This document shows positions 1 to 14,335 of a DNA stretch of 64,000 bases, piece by piece; positions within the stretch are counted from its first letter, which is position 1; every line of letters starts with the position of its first letter. The position numbers were made by a program, and so were the translations under genes. A model generated the notes under the pieces. The model did not search any database and was not told the origin of the DNA. It worked only from the letters and a program-made list of their open reading frames with translations. This DNA is from Lingula anatina. Its lineage: Eukaryota > Animalia > Brachiopoda. Location: NCBI GenBank assembly GCA_051362555.1, contig CM120646.1:3968001-4032000 (forward strand), given 5' to 3'.

Positions 1-3000
1 ACTTTTAATAAACAAAAAATGTTATTCTCATTTTTATTATTGAAAACTTTCGAATGAAATCACCGGCTTTGATGTGCTTGGCAGCCAAGAAACATTCTGG
101 AGTTTACCTTTTTGTCTATTTGATTGTAGAAAGGCACGAGCCAATGTTGTTCTATGCTTTTTGTGGCAGTAGCCCCGGGCTATACGTACAAATTTATCTG
201 AGTCCTGATTGGGTCACTGAATTCTCTTTCACCAACTTCAATCTGTACTCCACAGAGTTTTTTGTGCGTGTGAAAATGCAACTAAATGTTTCGTTTGAAG
301 GTCGATTTTTCTATCGATATGAAAACAATGATTTGAGATTTCAGTTCTTTGTGAAAATTGGGTTGATTTGGCGCCAAACAGAGGAAAATTATAGACTGCA
401 CACAGCTATATCTACTATACCATGGTAACTTTTTCAAGTCGAGGTTGCCTTAACAACGATGCTAGTTTTTCTGAATATTTTTCCTTGAAGCGTAAACCAA
501 TTTTCCTGGATCATTTGCGCCCTGACCTGAAAATTTTGGACTTGTGTATCAATGAGAACCTCAATGTTTTCGGATTTATCGACATTATATGTGTTAATTA
601 TTCTTTTCCTCTCTTTCTAATTCTGAAAAATCAATTGGATGTGCAAAATCAAAATTTTAACAACCAATGGATTCACATATACGTTATTCCTTTTCAATTT
701 CAGATAGACAAAAACTCTACTTCCTAACACCGTAAATGATGTTCCATATTTCACCACTGTAAAGCCGCATTGCCATTCAACTGTGCATACATGTACAACT
801 CCATTTAGTACACATTATTCTGCCTATAGGATGCTAACAAAACCGTATGCTATTCGCCCTTATTACAATGTCGGTGGTTGCTTAACAGCAAAGAGATTAG
901 ATTGGTTTCCTACGATTGGAACCAAAACCAAATGGTCTGTGGAGTCAGCAAGCCCTTATCACGTTCCTAATTGGGCGGAAATGTACTTTGACAGTGTTAA
1001 AAAAGAAGCATGTAGAACCCAATCTACCTGAAAAACTTCACAGGTCTCTACTTGGCTCTAGCTGACGCACATTTCCTTGAACCTGACCCTCCCTACATAA
1101 GTGTGGTCATCTGTTCTCAGAGGCAAACCAGCTGGAACTGAGCAGCATTTCCTGGATAAGTGTTTTAAAGTGCAGGGGGATGCAAAGGTATTTGGCGAGA
1201 GGAAAAGCTAGGACAACCCTGGTTCAAAAATTATATATAAATTATGTCATTCTTTATTTGCATTCATGTAGATGTAATTGCACCGTTAGGTTCCTGTCAA
1301 AAAAATCACATCTGTAAGAAAATTTGCAAAAAATGTTGTGACTATGTAGCCATACATGGCTTTGGTTGTAAAGAGCTCACCAGACCTTTTCCAAAGAAAG
1401 AACCACGTTAGTCTTACTATAAATGGATTCGGACCATCGTGTATAATAATAATAATAATGATAATAACAAAAGACGTCCAAGTGAGGCGGCCTTTTCAAA
1501 ATTAAAAAAAAGATTATCCCAAACAGATGTATCAAAAACGCTTTTGTAAATGTATACAGATGTTTTGGATTGAAATATTCAGAATAAGTCGACAAAAAGT
1601 CGACATTCTTTTTGTTTGCACCCCGATTAATATCGGCCCTGTATTCTACTGACGTTTATAGCTCGCTCAACACGAATAAAACATTTGCTGTTTTTAATGA
1701 TTGTAAAGTAAGTAGCAAAATGGGAAGTGTAAAGATCAATTTATAAACATCAGCAGAATATGTAAGCAACAGAACACATAATGTTATAACTAACACAAGG
1801 GAGATTTGTATGAAACCGTCACAATCACATATTGTATTACATCTGTAGCTATCGCAAGAGTAACAAAAAGCACTGAAGGATAATGCAAGCTTAAAAAGAT
1901 AAATGTTGGCAAGTTCAAGCCACAGCGTTCATAAGGTTATGAGTTACCTTGTATCTCTTCAAGGTAATTGTGTGTATGCGTAAGTCAAAAAAAGAACTTT
2001 TCTACAGCTGTAATTCCAGGCACTCGCGCGAAAAGCACCATGTGGCCTACTAAGTACACAGAACCTCAACAGAAACCTCTTCAGTAACACTGTGTTTTTT
2101 TTACTTCAGAATATCCAGGGTATTTCGTTGTACTAGAGTCTTGTTTATGATATGCACGGCTCTTCTTTAATCAGACACATACACTTATGCCATGGATATC
2201 TAAACAATACAGAATTTAACCATTCCAAGGGTGTGGATATTTATGTTGCTAAATGCAATGGACAAGTGCATTGCGCGTGTCATTTTCTGTTAGATAATAA
2301 CTTAACTTTTATTTTGGCCCAACAAATGGGTTTTCCTGGAGTTAACGGCAATTTTCCCGTACTTACCAATGGTAAATTAATTGGTTCCGACATTCAAAGT
2401 TAGTCCCTTTTTTTTCTAAAACGTTCGGTGATTTGTAATAATTTCTTCAGAGATCATTACAGATGGTAATCATTTATGGAGGTCACGTGGAGTAATGGCA
2501 AGCACAGATTCCAGATTAATTGCGATATATGGTGGTAAACTAGAATTTATTGTATTTCTATGAGTTGTTTACAATGTATTTATTGTGAAATATGGATCTC
2601 ATACGAAGAGTTGTTGCCCCTTTAACACTGTGAATGATATTGATATTGGACATTCGTTTGTAGCAGTGTTATATTTTCATACTGATAAGGTTTAACCATG
2701 AGAGAGAGAGAGAGAGAGAGTAGTTAAAATAGATCGCATTAAGTACCTAAAACAAATATTCGTTTCAACATCATTCAAAGTGCCTTGTTCTCTGGCAACA
2801 CGCCATCTGTGCGTCGAGTCACAACATTTTCCCTAATAACTACAGTTCGTTTCATCGACCAGCTATTTCTAGTAATATACCACTGTGCTTCAGATTCTCG
2901 CAGACCATATGGTCAACAGGAGAGAAACGAGCCCGATTCCAAATGAATGGAGAGATTCTTAAAACCATCATGAAATCAGCAGAAATAATGGCAAAACTTT

Positions 3001-4290
3001 CCACAACCCATTCTAAACAATGAACGAAACATACTTTGGCATACTTACAAGTCAAACGAGTTTGAGCACCAGTTATCGTTTTATTATCATTGATAATTTC
3101 ACATCATTTTGCACAAACATATCCACAAACGTACATGTGAATATGTGTTGCGCGAGCACAAGGAATTAAGATTAAGTAATTAATTAATATGCATGTACAT
3201 GTATATTCTCAAGGTCTACCATATTTACTGCAATTTGAAACGTGCGATCATCAGATTTCCAATAATGCCAATTTACTATTTATATCCCTACTAATAAATG
3301 GGAAAGATATATAAAAAGCGACCCTACTTTCTAAGAACTTTTCATGGAAGGTATCAACAAATATTATTCTTTTACATTAATATTTGCAAGTTCCATTTTC
3401 ACAGAGTCGGATTTTACATAAAATCAGACCTGTCTAGAAGATGGACGTATACAAATTCTTGGTCAGATATATGTACATGTAGCGTCTCGAAATGATGAGA
3501 TAGTGGAAAAGAACGAAACCTGTAATCTTCCAATGGTAATTTCTTCAAATTCAGAGTCAACACCACTCCAACATTTCTGTTATTAAATTATATATACAAT
3601 AATTATAACTACTGGAACTCTAAGTGCATGACGCAGCGGATGGACTTATTTTCTCCAGCCTTAACGAGGCTGATAGTAATCGAAAAGAACGTGCTTGATG
3701 ATGTTTAACATAGCCTAGAGACTGGATAAACAAACACGCTAGGCCGCCACAGGCCTTTTGAAGTTTTTTGTAAACTATCTTTACAAAGATGAACAGCTCT
3801 CAGCCGTACTCTCTGGTCAAATGGTTCAGGGTTGTTTGCAGGCCGTGTGCTCGTAATTGGAACCGTATTTCAAGCAAAGTTGAATGGAAACATGGACTTA
3901 TTTGGAATCGTTTTCCATTAATTATCACTTGGAGTTTTACCTGACATTAACTTGAGCTGCTTGGAAGGAGAAATAAAAGGCAAAGATAAACTAGAAGCTC
4001 ACCTTGTTTTATTATCGGCCTTTCACAGAAGCAAAGCTCCTATCATGGGGGTGATTTCAATAAATAAACTTATTGTACATTTTATCCAATTCAAAATCCT
4101 TATTTTTGTCGAAGTCAACATTCGCATAAAATAAATCAGTACTAGTCCATTTACACAAATGATATTTAAAATGAAGATAAAAAAGACATTAATTTTTTCA
4201 GTCTATTCTACTCTGTTTTTCCCTATTTAAGACGTATCGTTGACTGTAGTGGGCAAAAATTTATGGTCCAAAAGCTGAGACCAAAAAACG

Positions 4291-4296
<6 letters not shown>

Positions 4297-4342
<46 letters not shown>
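4297..4342. repeat. Poly(T) tract
   Basis: About 45 consecutive T. Confidence 0.95.
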
Positions 4343-4343
<1 letters not shown>

Positions 4344-5059
4344 TAAAATGGACCCTCGATGGTTAAAATACTGGAGCCAACATCTTAATTAGCTCGTAGA
4401 TAGCAGGATGAGCTCTACCCCATGTTTACTTTTGCAACCGATTGCTCAAACCAAAATGATACCTTAATATAATATCCCCACATATCTCTTTGATGTGTTT
4501 CAGAATTCAACGAGTTTATTTCCCAGAAGAAATGATAGAATAAGGGAAAAAATGCAGTCCTTAACAGCAGTATGTTCATTTAATTTCCAGACAAAGAAAA
4601 TTTTGTGCACCAAGAATACCCTTCTATTTGATAGCTCTAAAACAAGATTTGTCATCGAACACTTAGTTTTATTTCCCTAATGGCCTGAACCCTTTTCTCC
4701 CTGTGTTACGTAAACAATTCATACCTCGCACTGCAGTTGCCTTAAATGCATGCTGAAGCTTAAAAATAAAAATTAGGAAATTGTTTCTCTAGGGTGGTCT
4801 AGATAGGATATATGAACTAAAAGTTCAGTCTGATTCTTCATCAAATTAATCTACCTGCTGTATTAAAGAGACAATGGTTCAGTTTAGGCTTAATAATGGA
4901 CTAGACTAGAAACTAAATGATGGTTTTTATGGACAATAGTTCAGGCCATTTCTTATTCAAACTAGTGGAATACAATCAAATTAGCATTCTCTGGTTATCC
5001 TGCATTCTATTCGGTCATGCTGGGTCCACAGCATGTCGTTACCTAAAGAGGTCTGAAAA

Positions 5060-5268
5060 CCCTTACAGTTATTTCCTGTAGGGTCCTATATGGTCCTATA
5101 GGATGTCCTACAGGAAATTGGCCCAAAATACTATAGGACTCCGAAGGAACATCCTATAGGACATATGTATAATGTATATAGGCGGTCTGAGAGAATCTCT
5201 ATCGATCCCCGTAGTCCTGCAGGATTCCTATAAAACCCCATGGGATCCTATAGGATATTTTCGTAAGG
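5060..5268. mobile_element. MITE-like element with internal TCCTATAGGA palindromes
   Basis: Imperfect TIRs ccttacagttatttcctgtagggtcc / ggatcctataggatattttcgtaagg, with many (t)cctatagga variants inside. Confidence 0.65.
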
Positions 5269-6192
5269 ACGTGCCTGTTTGTAATGTTGATTGTGCTACG
5301 TGTGGGGATATTGCCATAGACGCACGGAATAATTTTACATTCCCATCGTGTCCAACAATCGCTTGGGACTAACCTAAGCTCGATTCAGAACGGACCACAA
5401 TGGTGCCAAGTGTGAACGGACGTTCAGGTCATGTCAGCTTGCGTCATCCGGGCTACCGAGGGACTAGGCCCGCACTAGACAACCCCGAGCAATCCCATTA
5501 GCTGGGTCGAGTAGGTTGATTGATATGGCCCTGGGGATATTGTACTCCTATTTTAGCCGCCCTGTTGAGGTTCTAACATGAATGTTTTCACCTGCGTTGT
5601 GCATATAATACCCTCCAAATTTTGCCACTCTTCCAAGATTATTTCCCTTAAGGATGTGCAACAGTACTTTTTAGAAATTACCAAAAAAAAGTCGATCAGA
5701 ATCTGACTGATGGTTTTGTTCCATATTTAGGGAAAATTTACAATCCCCCAACGACCTTTTACAGATAAAGCAGGAGAACTTAGTTGGCCATAACTGATGG
5801 CGGGAGGAAGGGAGGAAGAGATTAACTTCACTCTCTCACCTGTCATACATGTACTTGCTGGTTGTAGGCCTACTGGTTTCCACCTTGTAATATGTTATAT
5901 TTCAGATTCCATTAGGTAATTAGCCCACTGCGTGGTGGGTAAATGAACTTTGATTTATTTTGGTATCGACATGCTAACTATACATTACAGTGTGCATACA
6001 GGTAAATGATTTGACATTTTGCAACCCACCTCCCCCAAAACTACTTTTCTCTCCTTTTGCCTGGATAAATCATATATCTTTGGGAGGACATGAGCCGACT
6101 CCCTGCCCGCCCATCCTCACCTCTACCCCAAATCTGCGTATACAAAAAGAAAAAGAAAGTGGCTTTGCAATATTTTGTGTTTCTGTTGTCTG

Positions 6193-6216
6193 CTCTCTCT
6201 CTCTCTCTCTCTCTCT

Positions 6217-6260
<44 letters not shown>
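6193..6260. repeat. Compound (CT)n/(GT)n microsatellite
   Basis: Seen directly. Confidence 0.95.
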
Positions 6261-6261
<1 letters not shown>

Positions 6262-9200
6262 CTACATTATTCTAAGTTGTAACTCTTCATAAACAAGTGT
6301 AAACTACCTTTTTTACCTGCACAATAAGCAATACACGCACCAAACACACACACAAAAATACACACACGCACACGTGCCAAAATCCTTTCACCTTTCCCAC
6401 CTGCCTGCGCACAAAAACACGCTCTCTCAAGCAAACCTAAATAAAATTCGGTAAACATTGATTGTTTACAAATTAAACAGACATGGGATGGCACGGTACC
6501 GTATAACCAAGCTAATTTCTGCAGTGCTGAGAGCTGAAGATACTGTATACTTGATTGTCCTTAACAATATCTCTGTACTCCGAAGCATGCTTTTTAACCC
6601 CCCCCCAAAAAAAAAAATAATAAATAATAATAATAATAACCACAAGGCGCCGTACAATTCAGATCCTATGCGTTTCAGTGTATTTTTTCAAATATCCCGT
6701 GTTGGCATGGACATGAATTTGAGAAAGCTGACGGGTAACGGATTTGATTCTCAGGGTTCTTGGTAGGTCTTTTCGTAGGTCCAAAAAAGCATGATCCCAA
6801 TATTTGATTGGTAATTATGTTCATATCTAATTACGGTGAATGGTGCTTAACGTTCTATTGTAATAGAGCGTGTTAAATGCATATAGTGCGTGTGCTAATA
6901 ATATAAGCACAATAAACGCTGAAAATATTGCAGCATGGATTTGAGTGAAAACATATGTACGTAATGTTATTTGGTTCATGGTTTAGACTCTTTCTTAAAG
7001 CGAAAAAAATACCTGCGAATCGCCATGGCCAAAGTTATTGAAGATTTACATTTTCAAGATTTCTCACAATTATTGAAAAGATTCACTGGACCGGGAGACA
7101 TGCATTGTCATAAGAGCTATCAAATTTGTTCAAACATACACGTGTGAATAATGACACCATCTTTCTTTCATAGACAGTCTAAGAAGCTGACACTATTTGA
7201 CGCTCAAAGGAATTTCCGTTTCTGATTCTCTCACATAAAATAAAGCCAAAGATACCGAAAACTATCAAAGACATTGTAGCATCTTCTCGCCTTACGGACG
7301 CTGATACAAAAGATTAGTGCTATTACGCTCTATAGCCTTAACGCGCCGTTCTCTCGTTCTTTCTCCTTGTTACAAAGCGCCGGCAAACATGGTCCCTCGT
7401 CACCTGGCCGCGTTCCCACAAGGATAAGATAACTGAGGAGTACAACTGCACGTGCTTGAGGCCCTTCTGGTTGAGAAATTTGCTAATATCATACACTGTA
7501 GTTTTGAGCCTTTGACGATGTTATCAAATCATGTCACGCCGGAGGGGGGTGGGGGTGCTGTTGTGTGTGTGTGTGGGGGGGGGGGGGGGGTGCATGAGGA
7601 GGGGCAGGGGGAGAGGGGGAGTAAGGGTAGGAGCACTTAAGCCTTACTTCGAATGGCATGTTTAGAATAGGGAAATGATGAAAATACAATGATGAAAAGT
7701 AAAATAGATAAAAGTGAGTCTAAGAATGATAATGATAAAAATCCTTTTACAAAATGGAAAGAGGAAAAAAGGGAGAGAAAGTGGAAATTTTCTCCCTTCC
7801 AGCTGCATTTGTTATCATAGCATATTGAACTCATGGTGTACAGGGAAGAACGGGGCGAAACATTGTACTGTAATGTTGTACATGATGCACATTTTTTCTA
7901 AATATTTTCATTCGACGATTGGATTCAAATTAAAATTATTACAACATGTTATTGCCTTATTAATCAATCATTTAAGTGTATCTTCAATCTTTTTGATATT
8001 ATATTTTTTTCGGGGGGGGGGGGGGGGATTTTGCGCCTTTCTTGACCTTCTGTCCATGTATCACATGTCACGCAAATCACGCGGACGGTTCCAAACAAGC
8101 ACACACATGGTTTGACTTCGGGAACTCTTTCTCTGAGCACTTTGAACAGCTTGAAGATAATCAGAAAATAACAATTCACAGGGCATTACATCACACTTTT
8201 CCCTTCTGGAGCCGCCACGGTCTTCGGGTGGCTCCAGAAGGACGGTTTATCGATAAGTTCCGTAATCCATCCTGCCGAGAGGTCGGCAGTACGGCCAATT
8301 AATACGGAATTCCTGCAACACAGCGGTTTATCTCCAAGAAAACCTTATCGTTGGAAGCCGCTGTCCCTTCTGGAAATCCAAGAAAGGGTTATGATATTTT
8401 ACGTGTGAAGAAAAAAGTTGCAAATCCTTCACCTTCTATAGCAGGAGCTGATCACTTTTGTTGAAATATTACAGGTGATATCTAAGGGTTTCTCAATATT
8501 TTTAACTATAACAGGCCAATACAAGATACCAAGAAGTGGAATGGGGGGGGGGGGGCGGGGGGGCACGGGGGGAATACCATCAAATCTGTTTCATGGATTA
8601 TTTCGAACTATATATGTAAATATTCGCCCTCCATAACTTTGACATAGGAATGCTTGTACAAAACCTTTGTGGTCACAGCTTCAGGTAGGTAGGCCAGAAG
8701 CGCATTAAACACAAAGTATATTATTTTCCGCTTAATTCAGTAATTTAAGTTTTGAACAGTAACTGTCCATTGTTAGGATCAGATTGTCATCGTATTTACC
8801 TTAAACAGTTGTTCCTAATCAAAACATCGGTGTTTGTTTAACCATAATGCTATAAGTTGGATATAGGACATGATTAACCAAGGGGGTGGCAAGACTAGGA
8901 ATTAGAGGTGAAATAAACTAAATCTTAAGCCATCTTTTCTGAAAGCGAACACGTGTCGCCATACCCACGCCCTCCCCAACCTAATCTATCGTGACATTTT
9001 CTCTCATTCAATAATTTATAATAACCTAATACAATAGAGTAGTAAATCTGGTGTAGAGCTTCAAGATTTTAAGACGTAAACACGACCGGGTGAATTCATT
9101 GCTTTATAGGAAAGAAAGACAGTATGTTCAAATGATATCATAGTTAATGTTTCAGTCTGTTTGGGATTTGTTTGAAGGAGTTGTGTTGTGAGTAGACGAC

Positions 9201-9383
9201 GGCTGGTGGTTTCTCACGGAAATTTAGATGCATAGTACGGGTAGTAAAATGACCGAGCTTTATGTTCTTATCATTCATTGTCGATTCACTTGCCCTTTTC
9301 CCCCTTTAACATTGATCTCTTTTTTTGTACTGCAATTCTCCCATCTCTTTTACTGTTTCACATTTTCGTGTTTATCATCATCA

Positions 9384-9424
<41 letters not shown>

Positions 9425-11138
9425 GTTCTTAAATGTTTACTCCACGTCAATATCCCCCCCCCCCATCAGTAAAGAGCTATATGCATTCGACCTGCAATCT
9501 CGACAGTTTTTGTTGAAAGTGTTTGATCACAACGCAATGAACATATGATAGACAAACCATGCTGTTCATTGATTTACGGTCAAATACATTACACTCCCTT
9601 TTCATTACAAAGCCTCGATGCCAAATCAATGTTGTCTACGGTTCACGCTGCGAGAGACAAACGAATGAATCATACCGAGGCGGGGCCTATAAGGAAATCG
9701 CAGGGCCGTAAAATGTAATAAGGAATACAGTTGTTCAGATAGCGAGTCCTTCAGACACTCATTGAGAAAAGAGAAAACTTGGCAGTGCTACTGATTGCCA
9801 GTCTGTATGGTAGAAGAAACGAGACCCGTCTATATACAGAGACTATACATTTGCATGAGAAGACAGCGGTTGATAAATGTAATCTTGCTTCTTTCCAACC
9901 CCACAAATTGAAATGTGTGCACTATTTGCTTGGTAATATATACTGTAGTTCTGTAGTTCTTTCAAGCGTAAACATTACTAAAATTTCATTACTCAACATG
10001 ATTCAATGTTTACTACTAAACTACCTCACTTCTTTTATCAGAGACCTTTCAATAAATGCAGACATCATTGGCCAAAATTCGAACATCATACTTGTGTTTG
10101 TCCTATTTCTTTAATTGGTCCGTCATATTATTTAAGTCGGTTTAGATCAAGGAGACATAAAGAGATATGAGGCTAGGGATCTATAAAACCGTGCGAGGAA
10201 ACAGGATATCTGTCATTCAATTCTATCAATAAATATGATATTACAGAGTTGCACAGAGAATATATCTTTAAATAATAAAAAATGATTTTAGTTATCAACA
10301 TAATAAGAAGCTACATACGTATTTATCAACGTGACGTAAAACAATATCCATATCATTTAGGGTGACTTGAGTGAAGGGGTTGGAAGGGGGGTGGAGGGGT
10401 AAAATGTCTTTATACATTATATGTTAACCATCATGATGCTCCAGAATATGATTTTTGAAATTTGCAGAATGATTTTCAATACATTAGTAGTATTTTCAAA
10501 TCGCAAACAAAAAATAGCAGTAGAAACGAGTCCAGATTGCTCAGATTGATCAACACCTGAACTGTACACCCCCGTCTCTAAGAGCGAGAGTCAATGGTGC
10601 TTGAGGTCGAAGAGTTGCACAAAAGCGTCAGATCAGCAAACATCTCCTGAGTTTGCCAATACATAAAAAAGGTATCAAGTGGCGGTAAGCCAACGCTAGA
10701 AGCTAAACATAGAACCGGAATATCAATTTTTCTTTCTTATAAACCCTCGACATTCTAATTAGAATAATCAATCTTAGAGAGTGTACATTTACAAAAACTC
10801 TGCCGTTTTTCTTTTCTTCTTTTGATTTTTTGGTGTATTCATGAACTATACGAACTCTCTGGTGTTATAGGAATGAGTTGTTAGTATGTGGTGATAGTGT
10901 GTTGGAAGCTTATTCATAAGAGCCCAAGTTAAGTAGAGCCAATCAATCTTCTCAATGCTTACAGTTAATTGCGTTTTCATCCTCTTCTGTGAACAGTACA
11001 TCTTTAAAACACTTACTGTGATCAATATACACTCACGCACGTGCACGCACACGCACGCACACAAATGGCACACAAGTTATCATAAATTTGAGTGGAACAG
11101 TTGCCATCATCAAAATCGACACTACATCATGTTATAAG

Positions 11139-11140
<2 letters not shown>

Positions 11141-11193
<53 letters not shown>
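11141..11193. repeat. (AT)n microsatellite
   Basis: Seen directly. Confidence 0.95.
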
Positions 11194-11197
<4 letters not shown>

Positions 11198-11664
11198 ACT
11201 GTGGCTAAAGTACACGGTGACTGTGTAAGGAGTGGATTAGATTGATTCCTAGTCAGCTGCAAGGAGATTATGGAAAATCAAAACGAGCGAGAGAAAAATT
11301 GTTATCCGTGCTTATGCCACGTTAGGTACAATATTCTATTATGTGGCGTATATGTTACGTGTGAGAGTGAACCCTTGCAGCAATCGATGACGGCGAATAT
11401 ATGCAACGACACTGAATGTTTCAAGGCATTATTGCTAACACTACCCCTTTTTGCGATTTTTCTTCAATTTTGGCTTAGAGATCCCTGAGTAGAAGTCAGA
11501 TTCAGGAGCAGTTTGATTTCAATGGCCGAAATGATTTATCGATCTCTTTGTCTATGAACACGAGGTATAAACAAGACATTTGTGGTTTTTCAGAGGAAAT
11601 ATATGTTTTATTTGAGGTTTGGTTACTATGGGAATGGACGATAATATATCATTTTGAGGAGTAT

Positions 11665-11667
<3 letters not shown>

Positions 11668-11752
<85 letters not shown>
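11668..11752. repeat. Compound (CT)n/(CA)n microsatellite
   Basis: Seen directly. Confidence 0.95.
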
Positions 11753-11753
<1 letters not shown>

Positions 11754-12319
11754 TCTCTGTGGCTCTCACACCCCAGCATACACTTATCACTTATCCAGTG
11801 TTTGATGTCTTTAAATAATAACTGACAGCCGTCTCAAATATCTACTATTACAGAGAGAGAGAGCTGTGTGTATACACCTTACGCAACCGTGTGCGTGCCA
11901 TTAGTATTTCATCGCCCATCAACACAGCTTCCTATTTGCTCTAACACAGATAAACAAAACGAAGAGCCATATCAATTTCTCTTCCAATTTCTTACACAGT
12001 AGAACACGAGCGCTAATAAGCCTAATTGATAATATGTGAAGATGGCGATAATCGAGGTCGGAGTCAAAGACAAATCGTCACCAAAGGCAAAATAAAGCTC
12101 ATGGCAAGTAGTTATTCTTTCTCAAGTATCGATTAGGAGAGAATGGCAAGCAGATACGGTTCGCCAACTTTGCAGGCCATCAGTCTGATGTATGGATTGC
12201 TGTTAAGTTAAAAGACGCGCTAATAGACACCAACATAAAGAGATCCGTGAAGCGTTTGAATGTTGTCATTGCAACCTGACTGTCGACACCCAAGCTGCCA
12301 TCCACGTGACTGGAGAGAG

Positions 12320-12363
12320 CACACACACACACATGCACACACACACACACACATGCACACACA

Positions 12364-12397
<34 letters not shown>

Positions 12398-12431
12398 CAA
12401 GTATACGTAGGATATACCCTTTTGACCATCA

Positions 12432-12479
<48 letters not shown>

Positions 12480-12508
12480 CATCAAAACTCGTTTGACCCC
12501 GCATTATA

Positions 12509-12556
<48 letters not shown>
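12320..12556. repeat. Microsatellite cluster: (CA)n, (CT)n, (TTA)n
   Basis: Seen directly. Confidence 0.93.
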
Positions 12557-12558
<2 letters not shown>

Positions 12559-13177
12559 TTCTCGGTCAACCACTTATATAAGTTTTCTTTGTTTCACGGC
12601 CTAATGGAACCTCACGATCAGAAAGAGATGCAGAGCTGTGAGCGTGAGGAAAAATGTAAATCATCGTCAGTGCTCCGAGTATCAGGGTGACCACGAGGCC
12701 CAGAAAAACATAAATATTACATCCCCGCCCTGATTAGTTCCTGTAGCGCGGAGAGCGTTCAATTTGGCACTAATGAAAGGATGTGTGGCGTAAAATATGC
12801 ATGACTCTACAAGTGGCATCTTCAAAGCTGTCTTTATTCTTGTCCTTTTCGTTAACGTTGACACATATTCGTATACAAAACGGACCTTACTAAAGGTGTT
12901 TTGGGGGGGAAAAGATAAGAAATGCTCAATTCCTCGAGAGTCCAGGTAATGTGCAAGTTTTACTTGCGTAAAATCGCGTTCGTTCTGGTGCACAGTTAAC
13001 CCCTGTTTCCCCTAACCGCTCTGTTAACCCTGACCATCAGAACTGTTGGCAATAAATTTACCCCACGTCACTAGATACATCATGGGAAAGTCGATTGGGC
13101 CTTGATCATTAATTACAGTCGCTGGCACATCGCAAAAGTACAAAAACTGAAATTTTCTAAAAAAAAAAAAAAAAGAT

Positions 13178-13396
13178 TTGTGTGTGTGAGAGTTAGTGTG
13201 TGTCCGTTGGTGTGTGTGTTAGTGTGTGTGCGCGTGTGTCTGTGTGCGTGTTAGTGTGTGTATGTGTGTGTCTGCGTGTATGTTTTTGGGTACGCTTGTG
13301 TGTGCTTGTGTGTATGTGTGTGTGCGTGAGTGTGTTTAGGTTTATGTAATTGTGCCTGTGCCTGTGTGATATGTTTGTGTTTGCGTGAAAGCATGT

Positions 13397-13428
<32 letters not shown>

Positions 13429-13465
13429 CTGTGGGTGCGTGTGATCTTTTGGGGATGTATGTGTA
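13178..13465. repeat. Degenerate (GT)n region
   Basis: Seen directly. Confidence 0.9.
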
Positions 13466-14203
13466 AATGAGCGTGCGCGTGTTTCAACACCCCATGTTGG
13501 TCTTGACATCTCTCTCTCTCGGGAATAAAAACGAAGCAACTTTGATGATTCACCTTTCATCAAAAGAAATATACCGCGACAGGCAGTTTAATTTCCGCAC
13601 TACAATATATTATATCCTTCAGAGTCTAATCTATCTGCTCCAACAATCATATATATTTACATTTGAAACAAATTGTGGCGTGCTTAAATTATGTTTTTTA
13701 TATCACTGTTTTCCATGTAATTCATTTTGCTGGGATATTATTATCATTATTTTTTTTTGTGGGGGGGGGGGTGGCATTAATGCTACAAAAAAGAATGTCA
13801 TATCATGATATAGGTGAAACAGTAGTTTCCGTATATTGTATTTTCCAAAATAAACCCCTCCATGAAAGAAAACCTGGTGACGGGACACTGAAATCGTTTG
13901 TACTCTATGGAACAAGTGTCGTACACGCGTTACCACAATCTAATAAACTGAAACACAATGCAGTCAAAATCTGTCACTGCCTTTGTCTTAATAGGTATCT
14001 CGTGTTTCAACAATCTCCCACACGTAACCCTCTTGGACTGACAACGAGAAATAAATCGTTTACATGTTCAAGTGTTTGTTTTATACGTTTCTTATTTATT
14101 TGCGATTTACCAATAATAAAAATTAAATGAACGAATTAGTCTTTTAAATGCTTTAAGATGGTGGCGTGCAACGATGTCCATCACTCTTCTTTATTTCGCT
14201 TGA

Positions 14204-14207
<4 letters not shown>

Positions 14208-14244
<37 letters not shown>

Positions 14245-14283
14245 TCTCTACTTCCGATTATTTTATCTTCCAATTATTTCATC

Positions 14284-14332
<49 letters not shown>
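14208..14332. repeat. (GA)n followed by (CT)n microsatellites
   Basis: Seen directly. Confidence 0.93.
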
Positions 14333-14335
<3 letters not shown>

